Of a stretch of 64,000 nucleotides of DNA, positions 8,861-18,255 are shown in pieces. This DNA is from Ignavibacteriales bacterium. Lineage in GTDB: Bacteria > Bacteroidota > Ignavibacteria > UBA10030 > SZUA-254. Location: NCBI GenBank assembly GCA_016214905.1, contig JACRMQ010000007.1:396408-460407 (forward strand), given 5' to 3'. Under the pieces are notes generated by a model, which was not told the origin of the DNA, did no database searches, and saw nothing but the letters and a program-made list of their open reading frames with translations. The translations under genes and the position numbers were made by a program. The first letter of the stretch is position 1. Each line of letters begins with the position of its first letter.

Positions 8861-9595
8861 TTATTTATCTCCTTCTTGCGTTAATTGTTCAAGATCTTTC
8901 ATGAGTGCTTTGCCTTCTGTAGCTAAAATCTTTCGCTCGCGGTCATTGATTCCATCTTCGATGTTAACCTCCGATAGGTTCGGATACCGGGATGATAGAT
9001 AATCAAAAAGTCCGTTTTGCTTTTTGAATAATTCCAAAAGTTCCGAACCAATCATTCGCATAGGATCCAAGCTAATCCCAGCGTTATTTAATGAGGATGA
9101 AAAACCTTCTTTAACTTTCGGTGTTACTATGCCGAGAATGTTCCTCGCATCGGAGTTAGTATAAGAAATATCCGATCCGGTGTTTCTTTTCGTTGTGCGC
9201 AAATGCGTTTCCAGATCGGAAATTTTTCGTGCATCCCGCGATTGTTGTGTTACAAACAACAAAGTTGCAGACAAAACCATGATGCTCAATGCCGGTTTCA
9301 GCCACCCGAATATTACATCTAAATTCAGAGATTTCCTTTTGCTCACTGCATTCCTGCCATTTGTTTTCACAATCCGATTGATCATCTCGTTGACAAGAGA
9401 AATATCATCCGACATATCCGGAGTAGTTTCCCGAACCGGAGAAAGAGCAACATCAATCGAATGCAGTTGCTCTATAATATCCCTGCATTGAGAACAGTTC
9501 TTGGTATGTTCAATCACCTTCTGATTTTCATCAGCCGATAACTCACCTTTTCGATAAAGATAAATCAGAGGTTCTATTTTTCTGCATTCATTCAT
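8861..9595 (-). CDS. Anti-sigma factor (zf-HC2 zinc-finger type) with transmembrane segment
   Basis: 244 aa. N-terminal H-x3-C-x2-C motif (HTKNCSQCRD) and a central TM helix. Overlaps the sigma factor gene by 4 nt. Confidence 0.65.
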   Translation of the reverse strand: MNECRKIEPLIYLYRKGELSADENQKVIEHTKNCSQCRDIIEQLHSIDVALSPVRETTPDMSDDISLVNEMINRIVKTNGRNAVSKRKSLNLDVIFGWLKPALSIMVLSATLLFVTQQSRDARKISDLETHLRTTKRNTGSDISYTNSDARNILGIVTPKVKEGFSSSLNNAGISLDPMRMIGSELLELFKKQNGLFDYLSSRYPNLSEVNIEDGINDRERKILATEGKALMKDLEQLTQEGDK

Positions 9596-10188
9596 AATTG
9601 CTCACTTCCTTGCAATCGATTTACAGCGATGCGAATTCTCCGCCGTGCATAGCAGAGATTTGTTTTTACTGAACCGATTGACATACCAGCCATTTCCGCT
9701 ATTTCCTCAATTGAAAAATCCAGAATATCGCGAAGATGAAAAACAAGATATTCTTTCGGAGGCAGATTTCTTGATTCGGAAATGACATGATCGCAAAGAT
9801 CAGATTTCTCGGCTTCAGAATGGAAATCCCGGCTGTCGGCAACATCGTTATTCCCGAATAAACTTCCCGTGTAACCAAAAATATTTTTCTGCCGTGAATT
9901 CATTTTTATTTTGTCATAGCATAAATTGACAACGATCTTATAGATCCATGTGGTGAATTTAATTTCCTTGCGATATTTTCCAAGATTGTTCCAGACACGT
10001 ATAAATGCTTCCTGTACGACATCTTTTGAGTTCTCTTCGTCATGCAATAACCGGAACGCGACCGCGTATGCATATTGTTTCTGCGAGTCCATGAGCGATG
10101 CGAATGCCGCGATATCTCCGTCCAAGCTTTTCCGGACAAGTTCCGGCAAATCAGGTTTCTGCAGTTCCGATTTCTGTGAATTCCTCAT
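9592..10188 (-). CDS. RNA polymerase ECF-type sigma-70 factor
   Basis: 198 aa. Sigma-70 region 2 (FTTWIYKIVVNLCYD) and region 4 HTH (IEEIAEMAGMSIGSVKTNLCYARRRI). Confidence 0.8.
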   Translation of the reverse strand: MRNSQKSELQKPDLPELVRKSLDGDIAAFASLMDSQKQYAYAVAFRLLHDEENSKDVVQEAFIRVWNNLGKYRKEIKFTTWIYKIVVNLCYDKIKMNSRQKNIFGYTGSLFGNNDVADSRDFHSEAEKSDLCDHVISESRNLPPKEYLVFHLRDILDFSIEEIAEMAGMSIGSVKTNLCYARRRIRIAVNRLQGSEQL

Positions 10189-10488
10189 TGACTCTATTTA
10201 TATTCTTTTATAATGATACGACTGAAAGTTGTTATGGTTAAAAAATATAGTGAAATAAATTGGGAAATATATTGAGTAAAAGTTGGAAATTCCGTGAAAA
10301 CTGGTAGGATAAGCCAGATATGTTTAGTGGGATGGGGAAGATGGAAGTATGTTGTGATTATTTTTGATAACGTTCGGGGCTTTGTAAAGGAAGGCAATTA
10401 ATATCACTTCACTTTCGACCAGTAAAAAGTAAATAAAAAACACAACTGTTCAACTAACCACTGTCCACCCGTTTTTGCTAAGCCCTTG

Positions 10489-11193
10489 TTAGCTGTTACT
10501 ATACTTCTCGTTCGCATTGTCGTCTTCAAGTTTGATGTAATCGTTATCTGTTGAAAGAATTGATCGTGCTACCCAGCTTGGTTTAATGCTGTCGTAAAGA
10601 ATTTTGGAAAAAGTGCCACCGAAAATTAAAACTTCCTTCCCACTCGGAAGGGTTACAACTATTCCTTTATTATTTATCACAACAAAACCTTCTCTAACTG
10701 TTGTCTGTTTTCTTTTGATAGTTTCTTTTTCAGTCAACCACCTTGCTTTTAAGCCAAAGGAATTAAATGTGTCAATCAATGCATCAGCATTTATCCCAAT
10801 TATCACTTTCACTTTTCCAGTAAGAATGTCAATAATAAAGTCAGGGGGAAATGGTTTGCCAAACAATGGTTCCGATAGATTACTTGTTATGGATAGCCAG
10901 TCAATAATGAGGTAGTTCTCTGTTTGTTCTTTGAGTATTTGCTCAATTGCAAAGCCAGCCATTATTAGTTCCTTGTCACGATACATTCCAATGTGAACGC
11001 AAGAGTCAATAACATTGTAAGCCCAGATTTTTTCTTTTAAATCTTCATACAGTTTGCGAAGTTCTTTGTGATAGATTTCTGTTGTTACAATAGGTGTGAA
11101 TACGGTGATATTGCTACCTGAAACGGGGTCAATACCTTTATCATTGTTAATTACATCAACCGCACGGATTGCTCGTTCTTGTTGTCTTTGTAC
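10489..11193 (-). pseudogene. C-terminal continuation of the same frame. 69 open codons after the TGA, then the ATG-initiated 165-aa ORF 10489-10986. Either a pseudogene or a separately initiated CDS.
   Basis: I translated the minus strand from 11193 to 10987 by hand. It gives VQRQQERAIRAVDV...CVHIG with no stop, then runs into MYRDKELIMAGF. Confidence 0.4.
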
Positions 11194-11892
11194 TCACTTA
11201 ATTTGTTTGACCGTTGTCTCGTCAAACTTTTCTTTCAAACTTTCATCAGTTATTGAATCGATTGTTTTGCCAGCTTCTTTAAAGAAGTCAGCGATTAAGT
11301 CGTTAACCTTGCCTTCCTTTAACTCCATAATCCCGAAAACTTTTCCGTGACGAACCAATAAGTCACCAATCTGAACAAAGCTTGTCAAATCAGAAATCAA
11401 AGCAAAGTCACTTGGTGTTTTATTTATTTGTTCGGCAACTTGCATCGCATGTTCAAGGTTGGATGAATCAAGAAACTTTGCTGATTTCTCTTGAATATGA
11501 AATCTACGGGCTATGCAAATCTGTCCTCCGATGAGTTGCCAAACAATTCCATCCGCAATATGAGAGAAGTTATGAAGTCGCTGCTCAATAATCTTAATCT
11601 TGTTTTGTGTTTCCTGTTCTTTGGTTTTGTTTCTTTGTCTGCGAAATTCTTTTAACGCAACATTTGCTTCTCTTAGTAAGGTCTGATATTTTTTGATTTC
11701 CTCAATCAGTAGGTTTTGAGCAATTTTAAATCCATTATTGCAAGCATTGAAGAATTTTGTCTGAACATCTTTGCTCCAAGTTTTAGGTGGACCCTCTTTC
11801 AGTTGCTCAATGCCAACTGCATCCATACCATGCCCGAAAGCATAATCGGCAATTTGTTTAAGCTTTGTTCTATAATCCTCAATAGTGTCCAT
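11194..11892 (-). CDS. Hypothetical protein. N-terminal part of a ~467-codon reading frame that is interrupted by an in-frame TGA.
   Basis: 232 aa with no recognisable motif. Lies in an AT-rich region. Its stop TGA at 11194-11196 is in the same frame as the downstream ORF. Confidence 0.45.
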   Translation of the reverse strand: MDTIEDYRTKLKQIADYAFGHGMDAVGIEQLKEGPPKTWSKDVQTKFFNACNNGFKIAQNLLIEEIKKYQTLLREANVALKEFRRQRNKTKEQETQNKIKIIEQRLHNFSHIADGIVWQLIGGQICIARRFHIQEKSAKFLDSSNLEHAMQVAEQINKTPSDFALISDLTSFVQIGDLLVRHGKVFGIMELKEGKVNDLIADFFKEAGKTIDSITDESLKEKFDETTVKQIK

Positions 11893-12175
11893 CTCATTTT
11901 TGTAATCTGTCAGTTGTTAAATGCTCATAAGATTCAAGCTAACATGGCCGCCCAAGAGTTGCAGCGTATTAAGTGTATTGAATTAATAGGTTATCATACC
12001 AAAAGTCAAAGTTTGTAATAATAGAAGTTAAATTGTGAGAAGGTGTTTCTCGCGGGGGATCTCAAAAAAAGTCCTGTGTCATGCTGAATTTATTTCAGCA
12101 TCTATACAAAGGAGGCCATTTAGCGATGTTCAGATTCCGAAACAAGTTCGGAATGACTCCTTTTCTTGTTTTTAG

Positions 12176-13057
12176 TCAACCAAATACACCATTCCTCATC
12201 GCCGCGATATGATTCGGAGTTGTCCCACAGCATCCGCCGATAATTTTTACACCGACAGTCAGCAACTCCCGACTTTTTTCTGCCATGAACTCGGGTGTCT
12301 CATTGTAAATTAATTCACCGTTCTTCATTACCGGCAGTCCAGCGTTTGATTGAATTATTATCGGAAGATCGGTGTGCTTGCGGAATTCTTGGGCGATCTC
12401 AATCATCCTCTCAATACCATTACCGCAATTTGATCCGATTACATCAACACCGGCTTCCGTAAGTCCATCTACCGCTTGCTTAATCGAGACACCCATAATT
12501 GTATAAAACCCGCGTGGAGTTTTATCAAATGTCATTGTTGCACAAACAGGTATCTCTGAAGAAATTGATCTAACGGCTCTTACGGCAAGAATTGTTTCGT
12601 TTAAATCTGTCATGGTTTCAATGCAAATCAAATCTACACCGTTGCAGATCAATATTTTCAATTGTCGAAGATAAGACTCGAATATCGTAATCGATTTCGT
12701 GTCGCCAAATGGTTCTAAAAGTTTCCCAGATGGTCCGCATGATGCGGAAACATAAGCTTTGTCTTTAACCACTTTTCTTACTGCCTGCACGGCTTTTGAG
12801 TTTATTTCTTCTGTTTTATCGTCGAGGCCGTATGCTGAAAGTTTAAGTGGTGAACCACCGAATGTATTTGTCTGGATTATTTCAGCCCCCGCATCTAAAT
12901 ACAGACGAGCGATATCTTCTAAAACTTCAGGATGGTCAAGGTTCATCAACTCCGGACATTCACCCGGCTTTAATCCACGCTGGAAAAGCATTGTACCCAT
13001 CGCGCCATCGGCGATGATTACTTCTGGTCGCTTTAATCTTTCGACAAAAGATATCAT
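12176..13057 (-). CDS. Homocysteine S-methyltransferase domain protein (PF02574-like; MetH N-terminal-domain homolog), stand-alone
   Basis: 293 aa. Zn-ligand motifs NCG (IGSNCGNG) and GGCCGTTP near the C-terminus. Adjacent to the corrinoid protein gene. Confidence 0.75.
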   Translation of the reverse strand: MISFVERLKRPEVIIADGAMGTMLFQRGLKPGECPELMNLDHPEVLEDIARLYLDAGAEIIQTNTFGGSPLKLSAYGLDDKTEEINSKAVQAVRKVVKDKAYVSASCGPSGKLLEPFGDTKSITIFESYLRQLKILICNGVDLICIETMTDLNETILAVRAVRSISSEIPVCATMTFDKTPRGFYTIMGVSIKQAVDGLTEAGVDVIGSNCGNGIERMIEIAQEFRKHTDLPIIIQSNAGLPVMKNGELIYNETPEFMAEKSRELLTVGVKIIGGCCGTTPNHIAAMRNGVFG

Positions 13058-13172
13058 AATTATTTCTTAATGGTTCGGTGTTAGTTGTTGGTTATTTGTC
13101 ATTAGTTATTGGTCATTAGCTATTAGGCATTAACCATTGACTATTAACATTTGTTTTTCGGATATTATCTTT

Positions 13173-13811
13173 TCATGAATGTCCTAAAATGCGTTTGACG
13201 GATTCCACAGCGCTCATACCGTCGAAGCAATAAGCGTCCGCGCCAATCTCTTTTGCGTATTCAGAAGAAAGCGGCGCTCCGCCGACAATAAATTTTTTCT
13301 TTCCGTAAATCCGCCGTTCTCTTGCAAGATCAATCACCTTTTTCATAACCGGCATCGTTGTGGTGAGGAGTGCAGACATGCCGATTATTTCTGCATTTTC
13401 TTTTTCCGCTGTGTCGAGAAATTTTTCAGGAGAAACATCATTGCCTAAATCAATAACCTCGAAGCCAGCGCCTTTAAGCATAATGGCAACAAGATTTTTA
13501 CCGATGTCGTGCAAATCTCCTTGAACAGTTCCGATAACTACTTTGCCGATAGTTGGAATTCCTTCCTTAAGCATCAATGGTTTCAGCAAATCCATGCCGG
13601 TGTACATTGCTTTTGCCGCAAGTAGGACATCCGGCAGGAAAATCTCGTGCTGTTTGAATTTTTCTCCAACAACAGACATGCCGGCAATGAGTCCTTCATC
13701 GAGAATAGTTTTAGTGTCAATGTTTTCATTGATTGCCTGTTGAGTAAGCTCGGCAACATTCTTCGAGTTACCTTGTTGAAGTTGCTCAGAAAGTTTTTGT
13801 ATGATGTTCAT
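13173..13811 (-). CDS. Corrinoid (cobalamin-binding) protein, MtbC/MtmC/MttC-like
   Basis: 212 aa. B12-binding cap followed by a Rossmann-like B12-binding domain carrying the DxHxxG motif (GDLHDIGKN). Confidence 0.8.
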   Translation of the reverse strand: MNIIQKLSEQLQQGNSKNVAELTQQAINENIDTKTILDEGLIAGMSVVGEKFKQHEIFLPDVLLAAKAMYTGMDLLKPLMLKEGIPTIGKVVIGTVQGDLHDIGKNLVAIMLKGAGFEVIDLGNDVSPEKFLDTAEKENAEIIGMSALLTTTMPVMKKVIDLARERRIYGKKKFIVGGAPLSSEYAKEIGADAYCFDGMSAVESVKRILGHS

Positions 13812-13940
13812 GTTAATTCCAATATGTTCTCTGTTTTAAGTATTGAGTTTTCTAAATCTTGAATATTCCATCCTACATTATTCTTCATCCTATGCTATAC
13901 GCGGACATGCACGAGTTGATAGTAAATGTAATTCTTAATT

Positions 13941-14372
13941 TCATCTCATTATCATCATCTTAGAGAGAGCACTCCTATTGCCAACCTGACATTTTAGCAA
14001 GTAGACACCCGTATTGATATGGAAATCAGTCGCTTTGAATTTGTAGTTTCCAGATAATAGATAACCACTGAAAGCTTCGCAGATAAATTTATGATTTAAT
14101 TCTAAAAAGGAAATCGTTACCGTATTCTCCCGAAACACATGAAAACTTATGTCGGTAGTTGGAGAAAAAGGAGATGAAGAGGATGGAACGATTAACACAG
14201 AATCCTTCAAGGTGACCCCTGATAACGAATCTTGAAGTTTTGTGATATCACCCTTGACATATTGCTCCTCGAAAGGTATTAACGCTTCAGTAGATACAAC
14301 GTTCTTTGAGGAACATCCGTTTAGTAGATTAATGAATATTGCCAAAACTATCCGACTAGTAAGATTATTCAT
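13941..14372 (-). CDS. Small lipoprotein, unknown function, possible T9SS-type C-terminal sorting domain
   Basis: 143 aa. Signal plus lipobox (LLNGCSS). The C-terminal ~60 aa resemble Por/T9SS CTDs (GVYLLKCQVGN). Weak evidence. Confidence 0.35.
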   Translation of the reverse strand: MNNLTSRIVLAIFINLLNGCSSKNVVSTEALIPFEEQYVKGDITKLQDSLSGVTLKDSVLIVPSSSSPFSPTTDISFHVFRENTVTISFLELNHKFICEAFSGYLLSGNYKFKATDFHINTGVYLLKCQVGNRSALSKMMIMR

Positions 14373-14440
14373 AAACTAATTAATCCTAAGATATAAATAT
14401 TATTAAGTGTATGATTGTACATAACATCCATCATCCTTCA

Positions 14441-15157
14441 TCATTCATCCTTCATCGTTATTATTCTCTCCCTACATTCATGTGTTGCACAACTACCGCA
14501 GAATGCGAAAGTATCGTCAAATTGGAAAATCTTTTTCTTACCCGAAATAATAACTCCGCTTATCGACTTCAACGGTTCCATCAAAAAGCTTTCCCTTAGA
14601 CTGATACCTATATCCTCAGGATGAAGAGACTTAAATAATTTTCGTTGACCGCTTACATGCCAGCCGCAATATCCCGGACTGAAGCGAAGAACACCGCTTT
14701 CTGCTTTGAAACGGCCGATATTATTCAGGTGGGATCGGTAGTAATTTTCAATTGATTCGGCGGTCATTTCTGCTGCTTCCGAGGCAACGGCGTCAAGCAT
14801 AGAGCCGAGAGCAAAATCGTTTGTATAAAATAATCGCGATATTTCTGCGCACACTTCATCTTCGATTGTAACAGCAAAAAGAGCCAGATCGTCGGATGCT
14901 TCGAAGATATTTTTTACAGGTGAATCGGTTTCGTTATTTCCTTCTCCCGAGTATACATTTTTGAATTCTTCTTTTGATAATTCTTGTATAACACCAATAG
15001 GAAATGCAAGTTTACTAAAAATTGAGATTGCTTCCTCGGCAAGTTTAACCGTGCGTCCATTCACGTTAATGTGATTCGGAATCCCCTGTCGTTGGAGGAT
15101 TGTATTCACTCGTGGAATAACAGAGTTTACGGGTATGTTGATTATTTTTCGCATCAA
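14441..15157 (-). CDS. Methionine-synthase B12-activation (reactivation) domain protein (Met_synt_B12-like)
   Basis: 238 aa. Resembles stand-alone vitamin-B12-dependent methionine synthase activation-domain proteins. The ATG at 15152-15154 overlaps the MttB stop codon (ATGA-type overlap). Confidence 0.55.
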   Translation of the reverse strand: MMRKIINIPVNSVIPRVNTILQRQGIPNHINVNGRTVKLAEEAISIFSKLAFPIGVIQELSKEEFKNVYSGEGNNETDSPVKNIFEASDDLALFAVTIEDEVCAEISRLFYTNDFALGSMLDAVASEAAEMTAESIENYYRSHLNNIGRFKAESGVLRFSPGYCGWHVSGQRKLFKSLHPEDIGISLRESFLMEPLKSISGVIISGKKKIFQFDDTFAFCGSCATHECRERIITMKDE

Positions 15158-16626
15158 TCTCTTTTTGGCAATTCATTCATTCCAAATTTATGCGCTTCTG
15201 CCGACATTAGTTCTATCAAATCGGATTGAATATTTTCTGCAAGTCGTGTGGGCTGATACGACTTGAGTTGTTTTTCTATTTCACGAGTTGCTCGATCCCA
15301 TTCGGTTAAGCTTCCGTCTTCTTCCCAGCGTGAACGGTTTGCCCTGTTAATTACATTCCCCGGAAGATAATCTTCTCCTTTAAAATATTTTCTCGTATGG
15401 TCGGCAATGAGAAGATGTTTGTCGCGCAGCAATTCTTCGAATATCGGTAGGGAAGGAAAATCTTCCTTCGGTTCAATTCCATTTACTAATCGAAGCATTG
15501 TTCCGCAAATTTCGTTATCGATCACTAATTTTTCCAAACTGATGCAGCTTTCGAAATCGATCATTCCGGGACCGGAGATGTTATTTATACCTGCAAGAGC
15601 AGCAAGTGTTGCGCCGGTTGCAGTTTCAAATCCGGCTTGCACATCAAGCGACTTCGCATCAGTCAATCCGATATAAGCCTGTGTTGGTATGCCAAGATAT
15701 TTTCCAATTTCATTGTAAGCGCAGTCTATCATCATTGTTGCGATTGAACCCATTGGTGTAGTTTCATATCGGACATCGAAGAAAGCCGGTGAGCCGCCGT
15801 ATAAAACCGGTGTTCCCGGATTAAACATCTGACTTATTACAAGTCCGCTCAAAGTTTCCGCAGTGTGCTGGACAAGTGTTCCAACAATTGTCACCGGCGA
15901 CATGAAACCAGAAAGAGGCATCGCAATATATTCTACAGGAATAGAATAAGCGGAACAATCGATCAGGTTTTGCGATGTAACCTTGCTCCACTTCAATGGA
16001 GAAGTTGGACAACATGAAAATACAGTAAGTGGTTTGGCTTTTAGATTTTCTTTGGTGCCGCGGATAGCAAGCTGTAGATTTTTCATAATCTCAAAAGCTT
16101 CAATCGTAAACGCGCCTGTTACAACAGGTTTCTCGCAGTAAAGCAAATTTAGATAAAGGCGATAGCTGTCGGAAATTTTTTCGTGTACATCGGATGGAAT
16201 CATGGCGGTTGATTGGGATGCGATATTTTTCATCTTCGACATCAATTTTGCATAACGGATATAATCGGTAGTGGTTGGCTTCCTGACTGTTCTGGTTGAC
16301 CCGTCAAGATAATAAATTGCCGCCGAGCCGGGCGTGAAGTTCACATTGAAACCAGAAAGATCAACTGATTCGTTGCCAAGAATATCGTATAACTTGAATG
16401 AGTGTGGTGTGGCAGCGATTGCTTTATCGATTAAAGATTGAGTAAAAAATATTTTCTGTGTGTTTTTATCAACTCTCGCTCCGTGATCTGCAAGCAAAGT
16501 GAGTATTCGCTCGTTGTGAATTTCGATCCCGAGCTTACACATTATATCGCGGGCTTCTGAGATAATGCGTTCTTTTAGGTTGTTTTCCAAGAAACTGACA
16601 ACAGGTCTCAAATCTTTTCCTTTCAT
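15154..16626 (-). CDS. MttB-superfamily methyltransferase (non-pyrrolysine trimethylamine / glycine-betaine:corrinoid methyltransferase family)
   Basis: 490 aa. The N-terminus matches the MttB-family consensus (LxxxxLExIhxaslxILeevGvevhneeaLellkeaGarVD), here LENNLKERIISEARDIMCKLGIEIHNERILTLLADHGARVD. Length is typical for the family. No in-frame amber codon. Confidence 0.7.
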   Translation of the reverse strand: MKGKDLRPVVSFLENNLKERIISEARDIMCKLGIEIHNERILTLLADHGARVDKNTQKIFFTQSLIDKAIAATPHSFKLYDILGNESVDLSGFNVNFTPGSAAIYYLDGSTRTVRKPTTTDYIRYAKLMSKMKNIASQSTAMIPSDVHEKISDSYRLYLNLLYCEKPVVTGAFTIEAFEIMKNLQLAIRGTKENLKAKPLTVFSCCPTSPLKWSKVTSQNLIDCSAYSIPVEYIAMPLSGFMSPVTIVGTLVQHTAETLSGLVISQMFNPGTPVLYGGSPAFFDVRYETTPMGSIATMMIDCAYNEIGKYLGIPTQAYIGLTDAKSLDVQAGFETATGATLAALAGINNISGPGMIDFESCISLEKLVIDNEICGTMLRLVNGIEPKEDFPSLPIFEELLRDKHLLIADHTRKYFKGEDYLPGNVINRANRSRWEEDGSLTEWDRATREIEKQLKSYQPTRLAENIQSDLIELMSAEAHKFGMNELPKRD

Positions 16627-16731
16627 ATCTGAAATAGTAATCTAATATCTGAATATAAAATATATATTTCAACTTGATACAAAATCATATTAAATGTAAA
16701 TTACATTCCGTTATCAATTATGGAGATTTAA

Positions 16732-18219
16732 ATGAAATATGTCGCAGTGCTTTTAGTTTTAGTTCTCTATTCCGTTTCGATTTTCAGTCAACCCGCTAAA
16801 AATATGCCGGGTTTATCTAACATCTCACAAAAATATCTGATGAAGACCGTTACATATCTCGCCTCAAAAGAACTTGGCGGAAGATTGTCGGGTAGCGAAG
16901 GATATAATAAAGCCGCATCTTACATGGCAAACGAGTTTTCAAAGCTTGGATTGAACCCGTTCGGTGATAGCGCGTACTATCAGAATTTGAATGTTGAGTA
17001 CAATGAGATTTATTCTCCGGTGAAACTAAATCTGATTGAGGATGGAAATTTAAAGAAAGAATATAAACTTGGAAAAGATTTTGTTTGCAGAGAGTTGACA
17101 GGATCGGGACATGTTACAGCGCCAGTTGTGTTTTGCGGTTATGGATTGTCCAAACCGGAATTCGGTTATGATGATTATGCTGCAGTTGATGTTAAAGGAA
17201 AAATTGTCATTGTTTTCAAATCTAACCCTCCGTGGAAAATGAACGACACCTCGAACTGGGGAAACGGTTATCCCAGATTCAAAGCAAAGCTTGCGAAAGA
17301 ACATGGCGCGGTTGGAATACTCATTGTCTCGTTGCCAAACGATGCAAAACCACAAAAGGCAATCATCAGCGTGCTTGAGGGTGGCGGAGAGCAGGATGAA
17401 AATTTTCCGCAGTTTCATATTGATATCCCGGTCGTTGATGAAATTCTGACAGGTAGTGGCTTCACATTAAAAGATCTACAGACTAAAATAGATTCATCAA
17501 AACAATCCTTTGCCGTGCAAACTGCTTCTATCATAGAGATGGAAGTTCATTCAAAATATACGAAAGAAAAACCCACGATGAATATTGTCGGCAAGCTTGA
17601 GGGTTCCGACCCAAAATTGAAAAATGAATACGTTGTCGTTGGCGCGCATCTTGATCATGTTGGTGAGCAGGCGGGTGAGATTTACGCTCCGGGTGCGAAC
17701 GATAATGCCTCTGGTTCTGCCGCAGTTCTAGAAATTGCACGGGCATTCGTGAAGAGTAAAGTTAAACCTAAGCGATCAATAATTTTTGTTCTCTTAGCAA
17801 GCGAGGAGCTTGGATTAATCGGCTCGAAATATTTTGTAGATCATTCTCCCGTACCGTTAGAAAAAATTACTTCAATGATAAATCTTGATTGCGTTGGATA
17901 TGGCGACAGCATTCAGATCGGGAATGGAAAAAGTGCACCGAATCTTTGGAAAATTGCAAAACATCAGGATTCTCTATATACAAAGATGATGGTTGAAGCA
18001 ACGTGGAAGGGTGGTGGAGCTGATGCCGGACCGTTTCACGATAAAGGTATTCCGGCAGCATATTTTGTTACCACAAATAGCTATGCACACTTACATTATA
18101 TGACTGATACACCGGAAACGCTGAACAAGTCGTTGTTTGAAAAAATTACGAAACTTGCGTATTGTACGACATTCGAGGTTGTTCAAGGAAGATATAATAG
18201 AGAAGAAATTGTTAAATAG
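16732..18219 (+). CDS. M28-family aminopeptidase with PA domain, secreted
   Basis: 495 aa with a signal peptide. M28 Zn-ligand motifs (GAHLDHVG, GANDNASGSAAVLEIARAF, SEELGLIGS). Confidence 0.75.
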   Translation: MKYVAVLLVLVLYSVSIFSQPAKNMPGLSNISQKYLMKTVTYLASKELGGRLSGSEGYNKAASYMANEFSKLGLNPFGDSAYYQNLNVEYNEIYSPVKLNLIEDGNLKKEYKLGKDFVCRELTGSGHVTAPVVFCGYGLSKPEFGYDDYAAVDVKGKIVIVFKSNPPWKMNDTSNWGNGYPRFKAKLAKEHGAVGILIVSLPNDAKPQKAIISVLEGGGEQDENFPQFHIDIPVVDEILTGSGFTLKDLQTKIDSSKQSFAVQTASIIEMEVHSKYTKEKPTMNIVGKLEGSDPKLKNEYVVVGAHLDHVGEQAGEIYAPGANDNASGSAAVLEIARAFVKSKVKPKRSIIFVLLASEELGLIGSKYFVDHSPVPLEKITSMINLDCVGYGDSIQIGNGKSAPNLWKIAKHQDSLYTKMMVEATWKGGGADAGPFHDKGIPAAYFVTTNSYAHLHYMTDTPETLNKSLFEKITKLAYCTTFEVVQGRYNREEIVK

Positions 18220-18255
18220 AGTTTTCAACCATAAATATTTTATCGATAAAGTCGA

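Noticed and set aside
11194-11196. In-frame TGA as a selenocysteine codon
   Set aside because: No SECIS-like stem-loop is evident immediately downstream, and no Sec-machinery genes are in the window. Pseudogene, read-through or a sequencing error are more parsimonious explanations.
12100-12190. Small antisense ORF (29 aa) with a strong AAAGGAGG RBS at 12108-12115, followed by hairpin ATTCCGAAACAAGTTCGGAAT and a T-run at the 3' end of the homocysteine methyltransferase gene
   Set aside because: The ORF is very short and overlaps the convergent gene end. The hairpin is more likely the terminator region. There is no supporting conservation evidence.
16627-16731. Possible cobalamin riboswitch upstream of the MttB/corrinoid operon
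   Set aside because: The intergenic region is only ~105 nt and is shared with a divergent gene. No B12-box-like GCCACTG or AGYCMGG core is visible. It is too short for a cobalamin riboswitch.
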